Virus record (IMG/VR): IMGVR_UViG_3300021437_000005
From: a virus
DNA length: 43,727 nt
Strand: one strand, 5' to 3'
Positions within the stretch are counted from its first letter, which is position 1; every line of letters starts with the position of its first letter. Position numbers and translations under genes: made by a program. Shown piece by piece: positions 32,367-42,025 of this stretch. The notes beneath the pieces are model-generated. The model was not told where the DNA came from and made no database searches. It worked only from the letters and a program-made list of their open reading frames with translations.

Positions 32367-33370
32367 TGTCCACCAGTTCACAACCGACGACGTTTGCGGA
32401 TCTTTACACTGAACTCCTTAATGCGGTGCGAGAGTCCACGACCGTCACGGCGACCACCGATATTGCGAAGCGGTATATTAACCGCGCCCTTCAGGATATG
32501 CACATTGACAGTGAGTTTCCGTGGGCGGTTCGACGCGATGTCCTCCTGACTCATCCTCCCTACACGGATGGTACCGTGACGATCACGCAGGGGAGTACGA
32601 GTGTCACAGGAGCGAGCACTCTCTGGAATACCACGAACGCCTGGGCGCAGGCGAATGCGCGCGTGGGGGGGAAACTCACGGTGAGCGGCACCGATGTCTA
32701 TACGGTGACTGTCGTGGGGGGCGACACGAGTCTGACCGTCGATACGAAATTTGTGGCCGCCTCCGTCTCTGCGTCCGGCTATACCTACTATGAAGATGAG
32801 TACGCGCTCGCCTCGGATTTCTGGCAACCCGTGGATAAGCGGCAGTTCACTGAGGCCCTTCCACTGGAACTGATTGGTCCTCGGGAATTCTACCGACGGT
32901 ATCCCCGCAATAGCATGACCGGCACCCCACGAGTGGCGACGATGATTGAGTTGGGGCCTTCAGGCTCCACGTCGTCACGTCCCAGAATCGTCCTCTCGCC
33001 GGTGCCAGCGTCAGCGATGCTCATTCCCTATCGGTACCTGACCAGTAATCTTGCGGTCACGAGCGCGGGAACGCCTGCGGCCAACTTGTCGTCGGACACC
33101 GACGAACCGATTGTCCCCTTGCGCTATCGCCATGCCATCATCCTCCATGCGCTCTACTTCTGGTACCGTGACCGTAAGGACGATACGCGAAGTCGAGACG
33201 CCCGGGCTGAATACGGAGACCTGGTGCGGCGCATTCGACAGGACACGACGCCCACGGATGACCATCCTCGCCTTGTCCCAAATCTCTCGCGTTATCGGCC
33301 GAGTACGCGCTACGGCCGTGGCGGGCGATACGATATCAACGGACGGTTCGACCGATTGGATGATTGGTAG
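32366..33370 (+). CDS. Head-tail adaptor / tail tubular A-like candidate
   Basis: TGATG coupling. 334 aa. Called only from position (after the head genes, before the large tail protein). Confidence 0.5.
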   Translation: MSTSSQPTTFADLYTELLNAVRESTTVTATTDIAKRYINRALQDMHIDSEFPWAVRRDVLLTHPPYTDGTVTITQGSTSVTGASTLWNTTNAWAQANARVGGKLTVSGTDVYTVTVVGGDTSLTVDTKFVAASVSASGYTYYEDEYALASDFWQPVDKRQFTEALPLELIGPREFYRRYPRNSMTGTPRVATMIELGPSGSTSSRPRIVLSPVPASAMLIPYRYLTSNLAVTSAGTPAANLSSDTDEPIVPLRYRHAIILHALYFWYRDRKDDTRSRDARAEYGDLVRRIRQDTTPTDDHPRLVPNLSRYRPSTRYGRGGRYDINGRFDRLDDW

Positions 33371-34933
33371 ATGCCGACGAATCGTAAGATTCTTCCACTG
33401 CCCTTCAAGGGAGGATGGTCCACCTCGCTCGGTCCACAAGCCTCCGACTTAACGCATTTCCTCGCCGCCGAGAATGTGTACTACGAACTCGATGGCGGCT
33501 TTCGAAAGATTCCCGGCGCCGTCGCTATGAATAGTACGCCCCTGACGGAATCCGGCACCGCAATTACGATCAATACGCTCTTCGATTATTGGAAAAGTGG
33601 TACGGCAGGCAGTGCGGTCCAGAAGCGGATGGCGTATGCCGGCACGCAGCTCTGGAAGGAAGACCTCGACGGGACCTGGGATTCGATCAAGACCGGGCTC
33701 GAAGCCAATAAGCACGGGTGGTTCACGCAGTATAACGATCTGTGTATCTGGTCCTCGACGTCCAATACGGATGTCCCACAGAAATGGAATCAAACCGATG
33801 CCACCACCAGTGCCCTCGGTGGCACGCCTCCCAACTTTGCCTTCTGCATCCCTCATCGAGGGCGCTTGTGGGCTGCTGGGGTGGCCTCGAATCCCTCACG
33901 ACTGTACTACTCGGCCCTCGATAATCCTGAAGATTGGGTTGGGGCAGGGAGTGGTTCCATCGACATTGATATCAGTGACGGGGATGATATTGTGGGGATC
34001 GCCTCGCATAAGCAACAATTGTGGGTCTTCAAGGGACCCAACCGTGGCAGTATCAGTTATATCTCCGGGTCCTCACCAACTGGGAGCGACGCCTTTGCTA
34101 GGGTTCCGTTTTCCCGTGGCGTGCCCTGTGCCGCGCAACAAAGCATCCTGACGTACATGAACGACCTGGCGTGGATATCCACTCGCGGCGTGCATTCCCT
34201 TGAAGCCACTCAGGAATTCGGCAATATGAAGGAAGGCTTTTTGTCCTTCCCCATTCAGAAGGTCTTCCTGCAGGAATCAGAGATCACGCTTGACGTGAGT
34301 GCGCTTGCGAGTAGCTACGGGGTCAACCACAGTCAGCGCGGGGTGTTACTCTGGTCGGTACGTCAAACCGGGCAAGCCCAGAACAACCTCGTCCTGTCGT
34401 ATGACTATCGGTTCAGGCCGGGTCGCTGGTCGCTCCTGACTGCCTACAAGTCGGCGTCGCTGGCCGTGATCTTGCACAACAGTCAGCCTCGATTGTTCAG
34501 TGGGGGCTATGATGGCAGAGCGCTGCGCCACGATGAGGTCAACCGGAATATCAATGGCACGTCCTATACCGGGAAGGTCAGGTTTCCCTTCCTCCATTAT
34601 GGGTCCCCGGATATCATGAAACAGACCGCGTGGGTGCGGTTTGGCATTCAACCGCAAGGCACGAGTAGCCTCACCCTTGAATGGCAGAACGATGAAGATG
34701 CGGTGCAATCCACGACCGTTTCGCAATCGAGTGGGGCCGTGTTGGGTGGGGCAACCGGATTCACACTCGACACTGATGTCCTTGGGGGCGGCGCATACTT
34801 GCAGCGGTACTTTAACCCGCCAGGCTCGTATCGCGTGCAACAACTCACTCTGTCACAACCAGGGAATAACGACGATATGGAAATTCACGAAATGGCCGTG
34901 CAGGTTGAAGGCGCTGGATTGTCGGAGGTCTAA
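33371..34933 (+). CDS. Tail tubular B / nozzle-like candidate
   Basis: 520 aa with beta-rich repeats. Lies directly upstream of the tail fibres. The function is inferred from position only. Confidence 0.5.
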   Translation: MPTNRKILPLPFKGGWSTSLGPQASDLTHFLAAENVYYELDGGFRKIPGAVAMNSTPLTESGTAITINTLFDYWKSGTAGSAVQKRMAYAGTQLWKEDLDGTWDSIKTGLEANKHGWFTQYNDLCIWSSTSNTDVPQKWNQTDATTSALGGTPPNFAFCIPHRGRLWAAGVASNPSRLYYSALDNPEDWVGAGSGSIDIDISDGDDIVGIASHKQQLWVFKGPNRGSISYISGSSPTGSDAFARVPFSRGVPCAAQQSILTYMNDLAWISTRGVHSLEATQEFGNMKEGFLSFPIQKVFLQESEITLDVSALASSYGVNHSQRGVLLWSVRQTGQAQNNLVLSYDYRFRPGRWSLLTAYKSASLAVILHNSQPRLFSGGYDGRALRHDEVNRNINGTSYTGKVRFPFLHYGSPDIMKQTAWVRFGIQPQGTSSLTLEWQNDEDAVQSTTVSQSSGAVLGGATGFTLDTDVLGGGAYLQRYFNPPGSYRVQQLTLSQPGNNDDMEIHEMAVQVEGAGLSEV

Positions 34934-35823
34934 TGGCGCTCTCACGACTGACCACATGGTCCGCGGGCAACGTCCTCACCGCGACCGCGCTCAACGCGGA
35001 GTTCGATAATCTTCTCACGAACTCCTTGTCACTTATTTCGACGGCGAGTGTGGCGACGAAGGGACTCATCTTAGTCGGGAACGGGTCAGCGTTGGCGGGT
35101 GTCTCGGTCGGGAGTGATGCCTGGGTGCTGACGGCAGACTCGACACAAGCCACCGGTGTCAAGTGGGCCGCTGCGGCAGGGGGTGGGGCACCAGGGTGGA
35201 ATACTATTACGAGTGGCACGAATACCACGGGGGCCTTTGTGATGGGGTCGGGATCAAGTCTCGTTCCAACTGGGACAGGGATTCTCCGTGCGACGGATCT
35301 CCAGTTCGGATCTGATGCCAAAGGAGACCTTGCCGTGCGTGGGGCATCCGTCTATGGACGGGTAGCAGTGGGCAGCAATGGGTCGGTCGTGAAGGCAGAT
35401 TCCACGCAAGCGTCTGGGCTCGCATGGGGAGCGCCAGTGACGAGTGGAACGGCAACGGTTGCCACTGAAGAGTCAACCACAGCGACATCGTATACTGATC
35501 TAGCCACGTCTGGACCAGCAGTCACCCTCACTGTTGGGCCAAGTGGGATTGCGCTCATCTTCATCTCGGCGCAAGTGAGAGTACAGGACCTTCACGCTGG
35601 CTATGTTGACGTGTCTCTTTCTTCCGGGAATACACGAGCAGCATCAGATACGACCTCGCTTCACTTTTCTCCTACTAGTGGGAGTTTATTATTCAGGGCC
35701 ACCTCGACAGTGACCCTCACGGGACTCACGCCAAACAGTACAGTTTTTACACTTCAGTATCGTACCGATTCAACTTCGGCAACATTTTTCAAGGACCGTT
35801 CCATTACCGTGCTGACATGGTAG
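34933..35823 (+). CDS. Tail fibre protein 1
   Basis: N-terminus MALSRLTTWSAGNVLTATALNAEFDNL is shared with the next gene. Ser/Thr/Gly-rich shaft. Confidence 0.7.
   Translation: MALSRLTTWSAGNVLTATALNAEFDNLLTNSLSLISTASVATKGLILVGNGSALAGVSVGSDAWVLTADSTQATGVKWAAAAGGGAPGWNTITSGTNTTGAFVMGSGSSLVPTGTGILRATDLQFGSDAKGDLAVRGASVYGRVAVGSNGSVVKADSTQASGLAWGAPVTSGTATVATEESTTATSYTDLATSGPAVTLTVGPSGIALIFISAQVRVQDLHAGYVDVSLSSGNTRAASDTTSLHFSPTSGSLLFRATSTVTLTGLTPNSTVFTLQYRTDSTSATFFKDRSITVLTW
34957..35012. repeat. 56-nt stretch identical to 35857-35912 (tail-fibre N-terminal anchor)
   Basis: Direct alignment of the two gene starts. Confidence 0.9.
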
Positions 35824-35832
35824 GAGTGTAGG

Positions 35833-37086
35833 ATGGCCCTGTCACGCTTGACAGTCTGGTCCGCGGGCAACGTCCTCACCGCGACCGCGCTCAACGCGGA
35901 GTTCGATAATCTGGTCGCTGGAATCGTGACTAGTGGGGGAGTCTTACCAGTCACCTATGCGATTGGCGATCTCCTGACGGCCAACTCCACGACGACCATG
36001 ACCACACTCGCTGACGTAGCGGTTGGTTCGTATTTGCGATCTGGTGGCGTGGGCGCAACTCCGCTATGGTCTACGCTCTTGCTCCCCAATGCCGCCACAA
36101 CGGGTGATCTCCCGTATGCCTCATCCACCAATACCGTCAGTATGCTCGCTGATGTCGCCACCGGCAACGCCTTGCTCTCTGGTGGCGTCGGAGTGGCGCC
36201 CAGCTATGGCAAGATCGGGCTGACCACACATATCACCGGCACTCTCGCGGAAGCCAACGGCGGGACGGGCCTGACCAGTCTATTCGGGACGGCCAATACA
36301 TGGACTGCGAACCAAACGATCTCTAATACCGCCCCCTCACTCGCGTTCACCGACACCACGGCGAGCGCGAAGTCCTTGACTGTGGCCGTCGATGCGAATC
36401 TCGCGCAGTTGCGAGAATCGGCAGGCGCGAGCGGGAGTCTGCTAGTGCTGGACTTGGCGAATAATATAGTCGGCATCGGGACGGGGAGTCCGGGAGCGTT
36501 GCTGCACCTCAACGCTGGTGCCAACAACGGTGTCCGACTGGACAACGGCACGGTCAAGGTCATCTTGTACAACACGGGCAACAATTCCGGGTCGATCGGG
36601 ACCGTATCGAACCATCCAATGCTGATGTTTACGAACAATGCTGAAAGGATGCGGATCGACTCATCCGGCAATGTCGGCATCGGCATGACCCCCACCGTCC
36701 AGCTCGAACTCTCCGGCTCAGTCGGCCAGAAAGCCAGTGGGACCACATGGAGCAACCCGTCGGATGCACGGCTCAAAGACAACGTGCAGGACTATACAGA
36801 CGGTCTGGCGGTGCTTCGGAAGGTGCGACCCGTGCGCTATGAACTCAACGGCTTAGCGGGTACACCGAAGGGACAGCGGGGCATCAGCATAATTGCTCAA
36901 GAAATGCTCGACGTCATGCCCTACACGATTGAGACGTACAAGGCGAAGCTGTATCCAGAGGATGTCAAAGAGACGGAACTGTATCGGTTCGAGGCTAGTG
37001 CGCTGACGTTCGCGCTGGTCAACGCGGTGAAGGAATTGGCGGCGAGAGTCGAGGCGATGGAGCATGGAAAACCTGGCGTCCAATAA
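35833..37086 (+). CDS. Tail fibre protein 2 with C-terminal intramolecular chaperone (peptidase S74-like) domain
   Basis: Same N-terminal anchor as tail fibre 1. SDARLKDNV at 36760 begins the S74-type domain. Confidence 0.8.
   Translation: MALSRLTVWSAGNVLTATALNAEFDNLVAGIVTSGGVLPVTYAIGDLLTANSTTTMTTLADVAVGSYLRSGGVGATPLWSTLLLPNAATTGDLPYASSTNTVSMLADVATGNALLSGGVGVAPSYGKIGLTTHITGTLAEANGGTGLTSLFGTANTWTANQTISNTAPSLAFTDTTASAKSLTVAVDANLAQLRESAGASGSLLVLDLANNIVGIGTGSPGALLHLNAGANNGVRLDNGTVKVILYNTGNNSGSIGTVSNHPMLMFTNNAERMRIDSSGNVGIGMTPTVQLELSGSVGQKASGTTWSNPSDARLKDNVQDYTDGLAVLRKVRPVRYELNGLAGTPKGQRGISIIAQEMLDVMPYTIETYKAKLYPEDVKETELYRFEASALTFALVNAVKELAARVEAMEHGKPGVQ
35857..35912. repeat. Second copy of the 56-nt tail-fibre anchor repeat
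   Basis: Identical to 34957-35012. Confidence 0.9.
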
Positions 37087-37123
37087 TGACGCGCGTTCTT
37101 CGATAACATAACAGGAGAGGAAC

Positions 37124-37291
37124 ATGGAACAATTTATGTTTCAATTAGGGGCGCAAGTGCAGCAACTCACGCAAACCATTCAGGCCCATACGCAGCTGAT
37201 TCAGGACACCAGAGATCTGTATGAGGCACTGGCGAAGCAGCAGGGATGGGTCTATTCCCAGGATAAGAAACAATGGGAACCCATCCGGTAA
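37124..37291 (+). CDS. 55-aa coiled-coil protein
   Basis: AGGAGAGGAAC then ATG. Hand translation starts MEQFMFQLGAQVQQLTQTIQAH. Too short for the ORF track. Confidence 0.5.
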   Translation: MEQFMFQLGAQVQQLTQTIQAHTQLIQDTRDLYEALAKQQGWVYSQDKKQWEPIR

Positions 37292-37692
37292 CGTGTTCCT
37301 CACGTGTCACTATTCGCCCCTTACACGAGACCGATCAGGACGCCGCCCTACGGTTACTTGGACTTGATGTCCATGACACGATGGGAGGGGGGATGCTCTG
37401 CTTGGTTGCAGAATATCGTGACGTGGTGGTGGGGATGCTGTGTGGGTGGCTAGGACGCCCCTATGGGCATGTCCAGTATTGCCATCTCGATCCAGAGGCG
37501 TCGCCTCGCGCGCGAGTTCAGGGGTTTTTGGGGCTCCACCAGGCGTTTGAGACCGCGTTGATTCGGCATGGGGCCGCTGGGTGGACGGCTCAGACCGAGA
37601 CCGGGAATCACTCCATGCTCCGAATGCTGACGGAACGAGGAGCGGCGACGCTCCCAGGAGAGCGAGTCGTCGTGATGAGACGGTGGAGGTAG
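37273..37692 (+). CDS. GNAT-family acetyltransferase-like protein
   Basis: IRPLHETDQDAALRLL...LVAEYRDVVVGML...P..RARVQGFLGLHQAFETALIRHGA...TETGNHSMLRMLTERG follows the GNAT layout. Overlaps the 55-aa ORF by 19 nt. Confidence 0.6.
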   Translation: MGTHPVTCSSRVTIRPLHETDQDAALRLLGLDVHDTMGGGMLCLVAEYRDVVVGMLCGWLGRPYGHVQYCHLDPEASPRARVQGFLGLHQAFETALIRHGAAGWTAQTETGNHSMLRMLTERGAATLPGERVVVMRRWR

Positions 37693-37695
37693 ACG

Positions 37696-38382
37696 ATGTG
37701 CTTAGGTGGTGGAGATACAACGGTTTCACAGAAGGCTGCGCCAAAGACCCCAGAGGAGATCGAGGCGATTAAGCTGGGGTTGGAGTCTATGCGCCTTCGC
37801 AATAAATACCTTCCGGCCCTGATGCAAGAGTTTGGGTATGGACAGGACGCGCAAGGCACGATGATGAAATTACCGCCAACCCAGGAACAGCAGCAGCAAG
37901 CACAACTGATGACGACGAGTTATCAGGGCGCTCAGGATGCGGCCGGCACGATTCGATCACGACTGGGCATGGCGGAAGGCTTATTGCCTGGACTCCTTCG
38001 GTCTGTCCAAGCCTCGATGGCGCCAGGGACTCGGAGCGCCGGAGCCATCGGGGGACCACCACAAATGTTGCCTCAATTTCGTCCACAGGAACCCTCGCTG
38101 TTGATGGCTCCTCCAGCGGCGACAAGTCCTGTGCCTGTTGGTCTTCCCGTAGGGACGCCACCGGGCACAGCACCGGGAGTCCCTACTGGTCCACTGAGTC
38201 GAGTGGAGGAAGTCACAGCACTCTATCAGACGCTCCTTGGAAGAGCCCCAGATCAGCCAGGGTTAGATTCCTGGGTGAATTCTGATAAAAGTATTGACCA
38301 AATCAAAGCGGAGATCATGAATTCACCTGAGTACCTCGCCAAACAGGGACCCCCGCCACAGGGTCCGCCGAATGCCTCGTAA
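37696..38382 (+). CDS. Pro/Gln-rich virion protein with C-terminal DUF4214-like domain
   Basis: GGTGGAGG RBS. VTALYQTLLGRAPDQPGLDSWVNSDKSIDQIKAEIMNSPEY. Confidence 0.65.
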   Translation: MCLGGGDTTVSQKAAPKTPEEIEAIKLGLESMRLRNKYLPALMQEFGYGQDAQGTMMKLPPTQEQQQQAQLMTTSYQGAQDAAGTIRSRLGMAEGLLPGLLRSVQASMAPGTRSAGAIGGPPQMLPQFRPQEPSLLMAPPAATSPVPVGLPVGTPPGTAPGVPTGPLSRVEEVTALYQTLLGRAPDQPGLDSWVNSDKSIDQIKAEIMNSPEYLAKQGPPPQGPPNAS

Positions 38383-38414
38383 ACGAGAGAGTCAGAGAGA
38401 AGGGAGGGACTGAC

Positions 38415-40346
38415 GTGGCGACCGCCAACACGCTCGCAGGATATCTCAGTGCAAGAGGGATGAACTCGTCCGTGCCGCTCCTCCAAGCGCTTGATGCGTT
38501 CGGGATGTTACAGAATCAGGCTGTCCTGAACTTTCTATCAGCACGAGGGATTCCACTCACTCGTCCCTTCAAGCAAGTACAGAACGAGCTGGGATTAACC
38601 GGACAAGAGACCCTCGACCAGGCGTGGGGAAAGATGCAGGCACTTCCAGCCCCTCCCGACTCGCGGGTAAGAAGTGAAACCCCACAACCGGTTCCCTCAC
38701 TGCCCACTTCACTGACCTCGAATCCAGCGGGCACAGGGGCAGCAGGGACGGGGTTAAGTGCAATTCCCATCACGGGTGGTGTGGGAGTAGTACCTGGAAA
38801 TGTGGGGACGTCTGGACCGGTGATAGGGCTGGCGCAATCGAATCCAGCGAGCACAGGGGCAGTGGGCGCCAGTAGTTATCCTGTTGGTGGTGGCACCAGT
38901 ACGACTGCGCCGACTCCGCCCGTCTCAGCGGCGATGCTGCCGGTGGGGAATGCTCCGCCTGGACAGCCGGTGTCGTCCAACTCGGCCTCGAATTACCCGG
39001 CAGGCGTCTCCCCTCAAGCGCCTCCCCCTCCCAGCCTGATCCAACTCTTGACGAAGGCGGGAATGGATTTGAGTACACCGATTGGGCAAGCCCTTCCGGC
39101 GTTTCAAGCCGATCCGAAAGTCGCGGCACTCCTGCAATCGAAGGGCGTTGATTTGAATAGTCCGATTGGCGATGTGATGAAGGCGATGGGATTAACGGGG
39201 CAAGAACCCCTCTCCGCAGCGTCCTCAAAATTAGAGAGCATGGCCGCGATCTCGGCGCCACCCGCAGGGCAGTTCCCGCAAGTCCCGCCGATTCAGCTGC
39301 CTCCGGGATTGGGACCGACGACGTTTAACGCCCCGCCGGCGCCGAATCTTCCCAGTACGGTCTCGCTGCCCCCGGAATTGCAGTCACTCATGGCGTCCCT
39401 CAAAGCAAATTTCGACACGCAACAGCAGACACGAGACTCGTTGCTCTCAAATCTTCAGGCGGGGATTGCCCAGCAGCAGGCGAATGCCAATGCCAACCAA
39501 CCTCTCCTTGATGCCGCGTTGCGAAACATTCAGTCCGTCCTGACGGGGCAGGCCATGTCCCCGGGTGTTGAGGGACTCGTCAATTCGGCGTTCGCTCCAG
39601 CGGAGAACGAGGGACAGATTCGACTCAGGCAAGCCGCTGAAGAGGCCGCTGCGGCCCGTGGAATGCACGTCACGGATACTCCGATAGGACAACCCTACCT
39701 CGATGAAACACGACGGTTCCTTGAACAGATGGGCGGTCAACGCGCGCAAGCGGCGATAGGGATTCGCAATCAAGACGCCACATTTGCGGAGCAGGTACGA
39801 CAATTTCAAGAAGGGTTGAAACAGCAGGCATTGACCAACCAGACAGATGTGCTGCGGACGTTGGGTACGCCAGAACAGGCGGCAGGTGTCCTCTCAAATC
39901 TTGGATTGGGCGCACGCAACGCGGCGGTGCAGCAGTTTGGCATCCAAAGTCAACAAGCCTTAGGTGCCAGCGATCAAGCCCTTCGTGCGGCGTTGGGACA
40001 GGCCCAAACGAATCAGGGCAATACGCAATTAGCCCTCGCGTCGCAAAACCAAGGGTTTCAGCAGCAACTCGCGCAACAGCAGGCGAGTATCCAGAATCAA
40101 CTCGGCCTCATGCAGGCGTTGGGGGATCCGTATCAAGCGTTTAACTTAGGCTCGACGACGGGCAATACCCTGTCGCAGCAGCGACTCAGCAATCTCTTGA
40201 ACCTCAATTCCGGTATTATCGGTTATACCCCGAACTTTAGTCCGACAGGCATGACCACAACGACGTCCCAGCCAAGTACCATAGGATCACAACTCCTCGG
40301 TCTTGGGGGAACGCTGGGAGCGGCATATCTGATGGGAGGAGTATGA
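38415..40346 (+). CDS. Large low-complexity internal-virion/ejection protein candidate
   Basis: GGGAGGG RBS then GTG. 643 aa with internal duplications, a Gln-rich region, and a C-terminal hydrophobic helix LLGLGGTLGAAYLMGG. Confidence 0.65.
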   Translation: MATANTLAGYLSARGMNSSVPLLQALDAFGMLQNQAVLNFLSARGIPLTRPFKQVQNELGLTGQETLDQAWGKMQALPAPPDSRVRSETPQPVPSLPTSLTSNPAGTGAAGTGLSAIPITGGVGVVPGNVGTSGPVIGLAQSNPASTGAVGASSYPVGGGTSTTAPTPPVSAAMLPVGNAPPGQPVSSNSASNYPAGVSPQAPPPPSLIQLLTKAGMDLSTPIGQALPAFQADPKVAALLQSKGVDLNSPIGDVMKAMGLTGQEPLSAASSKLESMAAISAPPAGQFPQVPPIQLPPGLGPTTFNAPPAPNLPSTVSLPPELQSLMASLKANFDTQQQTRDSLLSNLQAGIAQQQANANANQPLLDAALRNIQSVLTGQAMSPGVEGLVNSAFAPAENEGQIRLRQAAEEAAAARGMHVTDTPIGQPYLDETRRFLEQMGGQRAQAAIGIRNQDATFAEQVRQFQEGLKQQALTNQTDVLRTLGTPEQAAGVLSNLGLGARNAAVQQFGIQSQQALGASDQALRAALGQAQTNQGNTQLALASQNQGFQQQLAQQQASIQNQLGLMQALGDPYQAFNLGSTTGNTLSQQRLSNLLNLNSGIIGYTPNFSPTGMTTTTSQPSTIGSQLLGLGGTLGAAYLMGGV

Positions 40347-40687
40347 CAATGATTGGAAGTGAAGGATTTCCGACACCTCCCACGATGGGAGACGGGATCG
40401 GTGGAGGCGCTGGGGCTGGATTCCTTGATGCGCTGAAAGGGAATCCACAGTTGATGAGTTTGCTGCTTATGAGTCTCGGCAGCATGGGACAATCGTCACC
40501 ACAGTCCAATCCCATGCAGATGCTCATGCGATTGCAAATGATGAAACAGATGATGCCGCCTCCACGCCCACAGGGAATGGAGGGCAGTCCCAATATGCCC
40601 GGTCAGTTCGTAGGGCAGGGCACAGGCAATCCACTTTCCTGGCTCTCCTCACTCCTCGGTGGCGGGGGTGGCAGTCCGACTCAATAA
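40343..40687 (+). CDS. Met/Gly/Pro-rich small virion protein
   Basis: GGGAGGAGT then ATG, overlapping the upstream stop. 114 aa. Confidence 0.6.
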   Translation: MTMIGSEGFPTPPTMGDGIGGGAGAGFLDALKGNPQLMSLLLMSLGSMGQSSPQSNPMQMLMRLQMMKQMMPPPRPQGMEGSPNMPGQFVGQGTGNPLSWLSSLLGGGGGSPTQ

Positions 40688-40702
40688 CAGGGAGTGACCG
40701 TC

Positions 40703-42025
40703 ATGGCACTATTTGATCCGACTGCTGACCCGAGTCTCGCTGATTCGACGCCAAGTTCAGGGTCTTTCTCTAACATGGCTCTCCCATGGCTCCTCCTCTC
40801 CTTAGGGTCATTGGGTCAACGGGGACCTCAGACACATCATGACCCCACGCAAACGCTGCATAACCTAGCCTCGACGTTTGCTCTCTTCTCGAAACTGAAG
40901 ACGTTGCAGGAGCAGCAGCGCCAGAACCAGGTCGCGGGCGCCCAAGATCAGGCCGGGATGCAAGGACTCACAGACCTGATTCAGCAGAGTCAGCCCCTTC
41001 CTCTCAGTGGAGACACCACAACACCGACTGGGGCAGAAGGGTTACGCCCGCTCGAACAGACGGGGTTTGCTCAGCCGGACGCTTTTCATAATCAACGCTC
41101 CCTCGATCCAGTGGCCGTTCAGCGGTTGATGTCTATGAGTCCGTCTGTGATGAAGATGATACTCGACGCAAACTATCAATCCTATCTGCAAAATCAAGGA
41201 CTGGTGGTGCACCCCGACCAGGCCAAAGCGACCGTCGCGGCAAGGTTACAGGCGCAGAATGTTCCCACGTTGAGTGGACCATTTGCCGAAGCCAGCGGAC
41301 TGTCGCCTGAGTCGGCGCAGGCTATTGTTGGGGCGGTCCCGGCAAAAGACTTGCCACAGTGGGGGGCGATGCAAACACGCAGCAATCGGGCTGACACGGC
41401 ACAACAGTTGGCGGATCTCCGATGGGCCATCCAACAGGGCGACACGCCGCTCTCACAAGCCATCATGAAGAAACTGGGGATGACAGCCGAACATCTCCAG
41501 GCGCTCACGGCCAATACCTTAGGAGAGACGGCCCCAGCTCGCGCGAAACTGGCACTCACAGAAGAGCAACTGAAGAGCCTTCAGGCCCTCACGCCCGCGC
41601 GAGTCGGTGCACTGGAAGGCCGAGCGGCGCAATCGAATGCGAGCGCCGAGCGGACGGTCGCTGAGACACCGTTTATCGCCCCAACAAAGCAAGCCGATCT
41701 TGCCTTGAAACGCAAGCGACTGGCTCAGGAACCCACGACGCCAAAAGAAGCACAGGGTGATAAGGATGTCAAGGCTATTGCGATGCAGATGCGACAACTT
41801 ACGGATGATCCGAAATCCTTTTGGGGCAATCCAGGGAAAACCAAACAGCAAAAAGCCATGGATATGATTACGCAGATGCATGCGTTATCCCCGGCACAAG
41901 CGCCGAAATACATGCGAGCCTATCAAATGGTGTACGGAGGAGAGACGCTTCCCACGACTGGGCAACCAGCAGCCACGACCACTCGACCAACCACCGCATC
42001 CGAGTGGTTGCAACTGAATAAATAA
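40703..42025 (+). CDS. Internal-virion/ejection protein candidate
   Basis: AGGGAG RBS 8 nt before ATG 40703 (GTG 40694 is an alternative). 440 aa, Gln-rich and helical. Confidence 0.65.
   Translation: MALFDPTADPSLADSTPSSGSFSNMALPWLLLSLGSLGQRGPQTHHDPTQTLHNLASTFALFSKLKTLQEQQRQNQVAGAQDQAGMQGLTDLIQQSQPLPLSGDTTTPTGAEGLRPLEQTGFAQPDAFHNQRSLDPVAVQRLMSMSPSVMKMILDANYQSYLQNQGLVVHPDQAKATVAARLQAQNVPTLSGPFAEASGLSPESAQAIVGAVPAKDLPQWGAMQTRSNRADTAQQLADLRWAIQQGDTPLSQAIMKKLGMTAEHLQALTANTLGETAPARAKLALTEEQLKSLQALTPARVGALEGRAAQSNASAERTVAETPFIAPTKQADLALKRKRLAQEPTTPKEAQGDKDVKAIAMQMRQLTDDPKSFWGNPGKTKQQKAMDMITQMHALSPAQAPKYMRAYQMVYGGETLPTTGQPAATTTRPTTASEWLQLNK

Noticed and set aside
34957-35912. Tail-fibre repeat considered as a DGR template/variable repeat pair
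   Set aside because: No reverse transcriptase gene is present anywhere. The repeat is at the conserved N-terminal anchor, is perfectly identical, and shows no adenine-specific mismatches.
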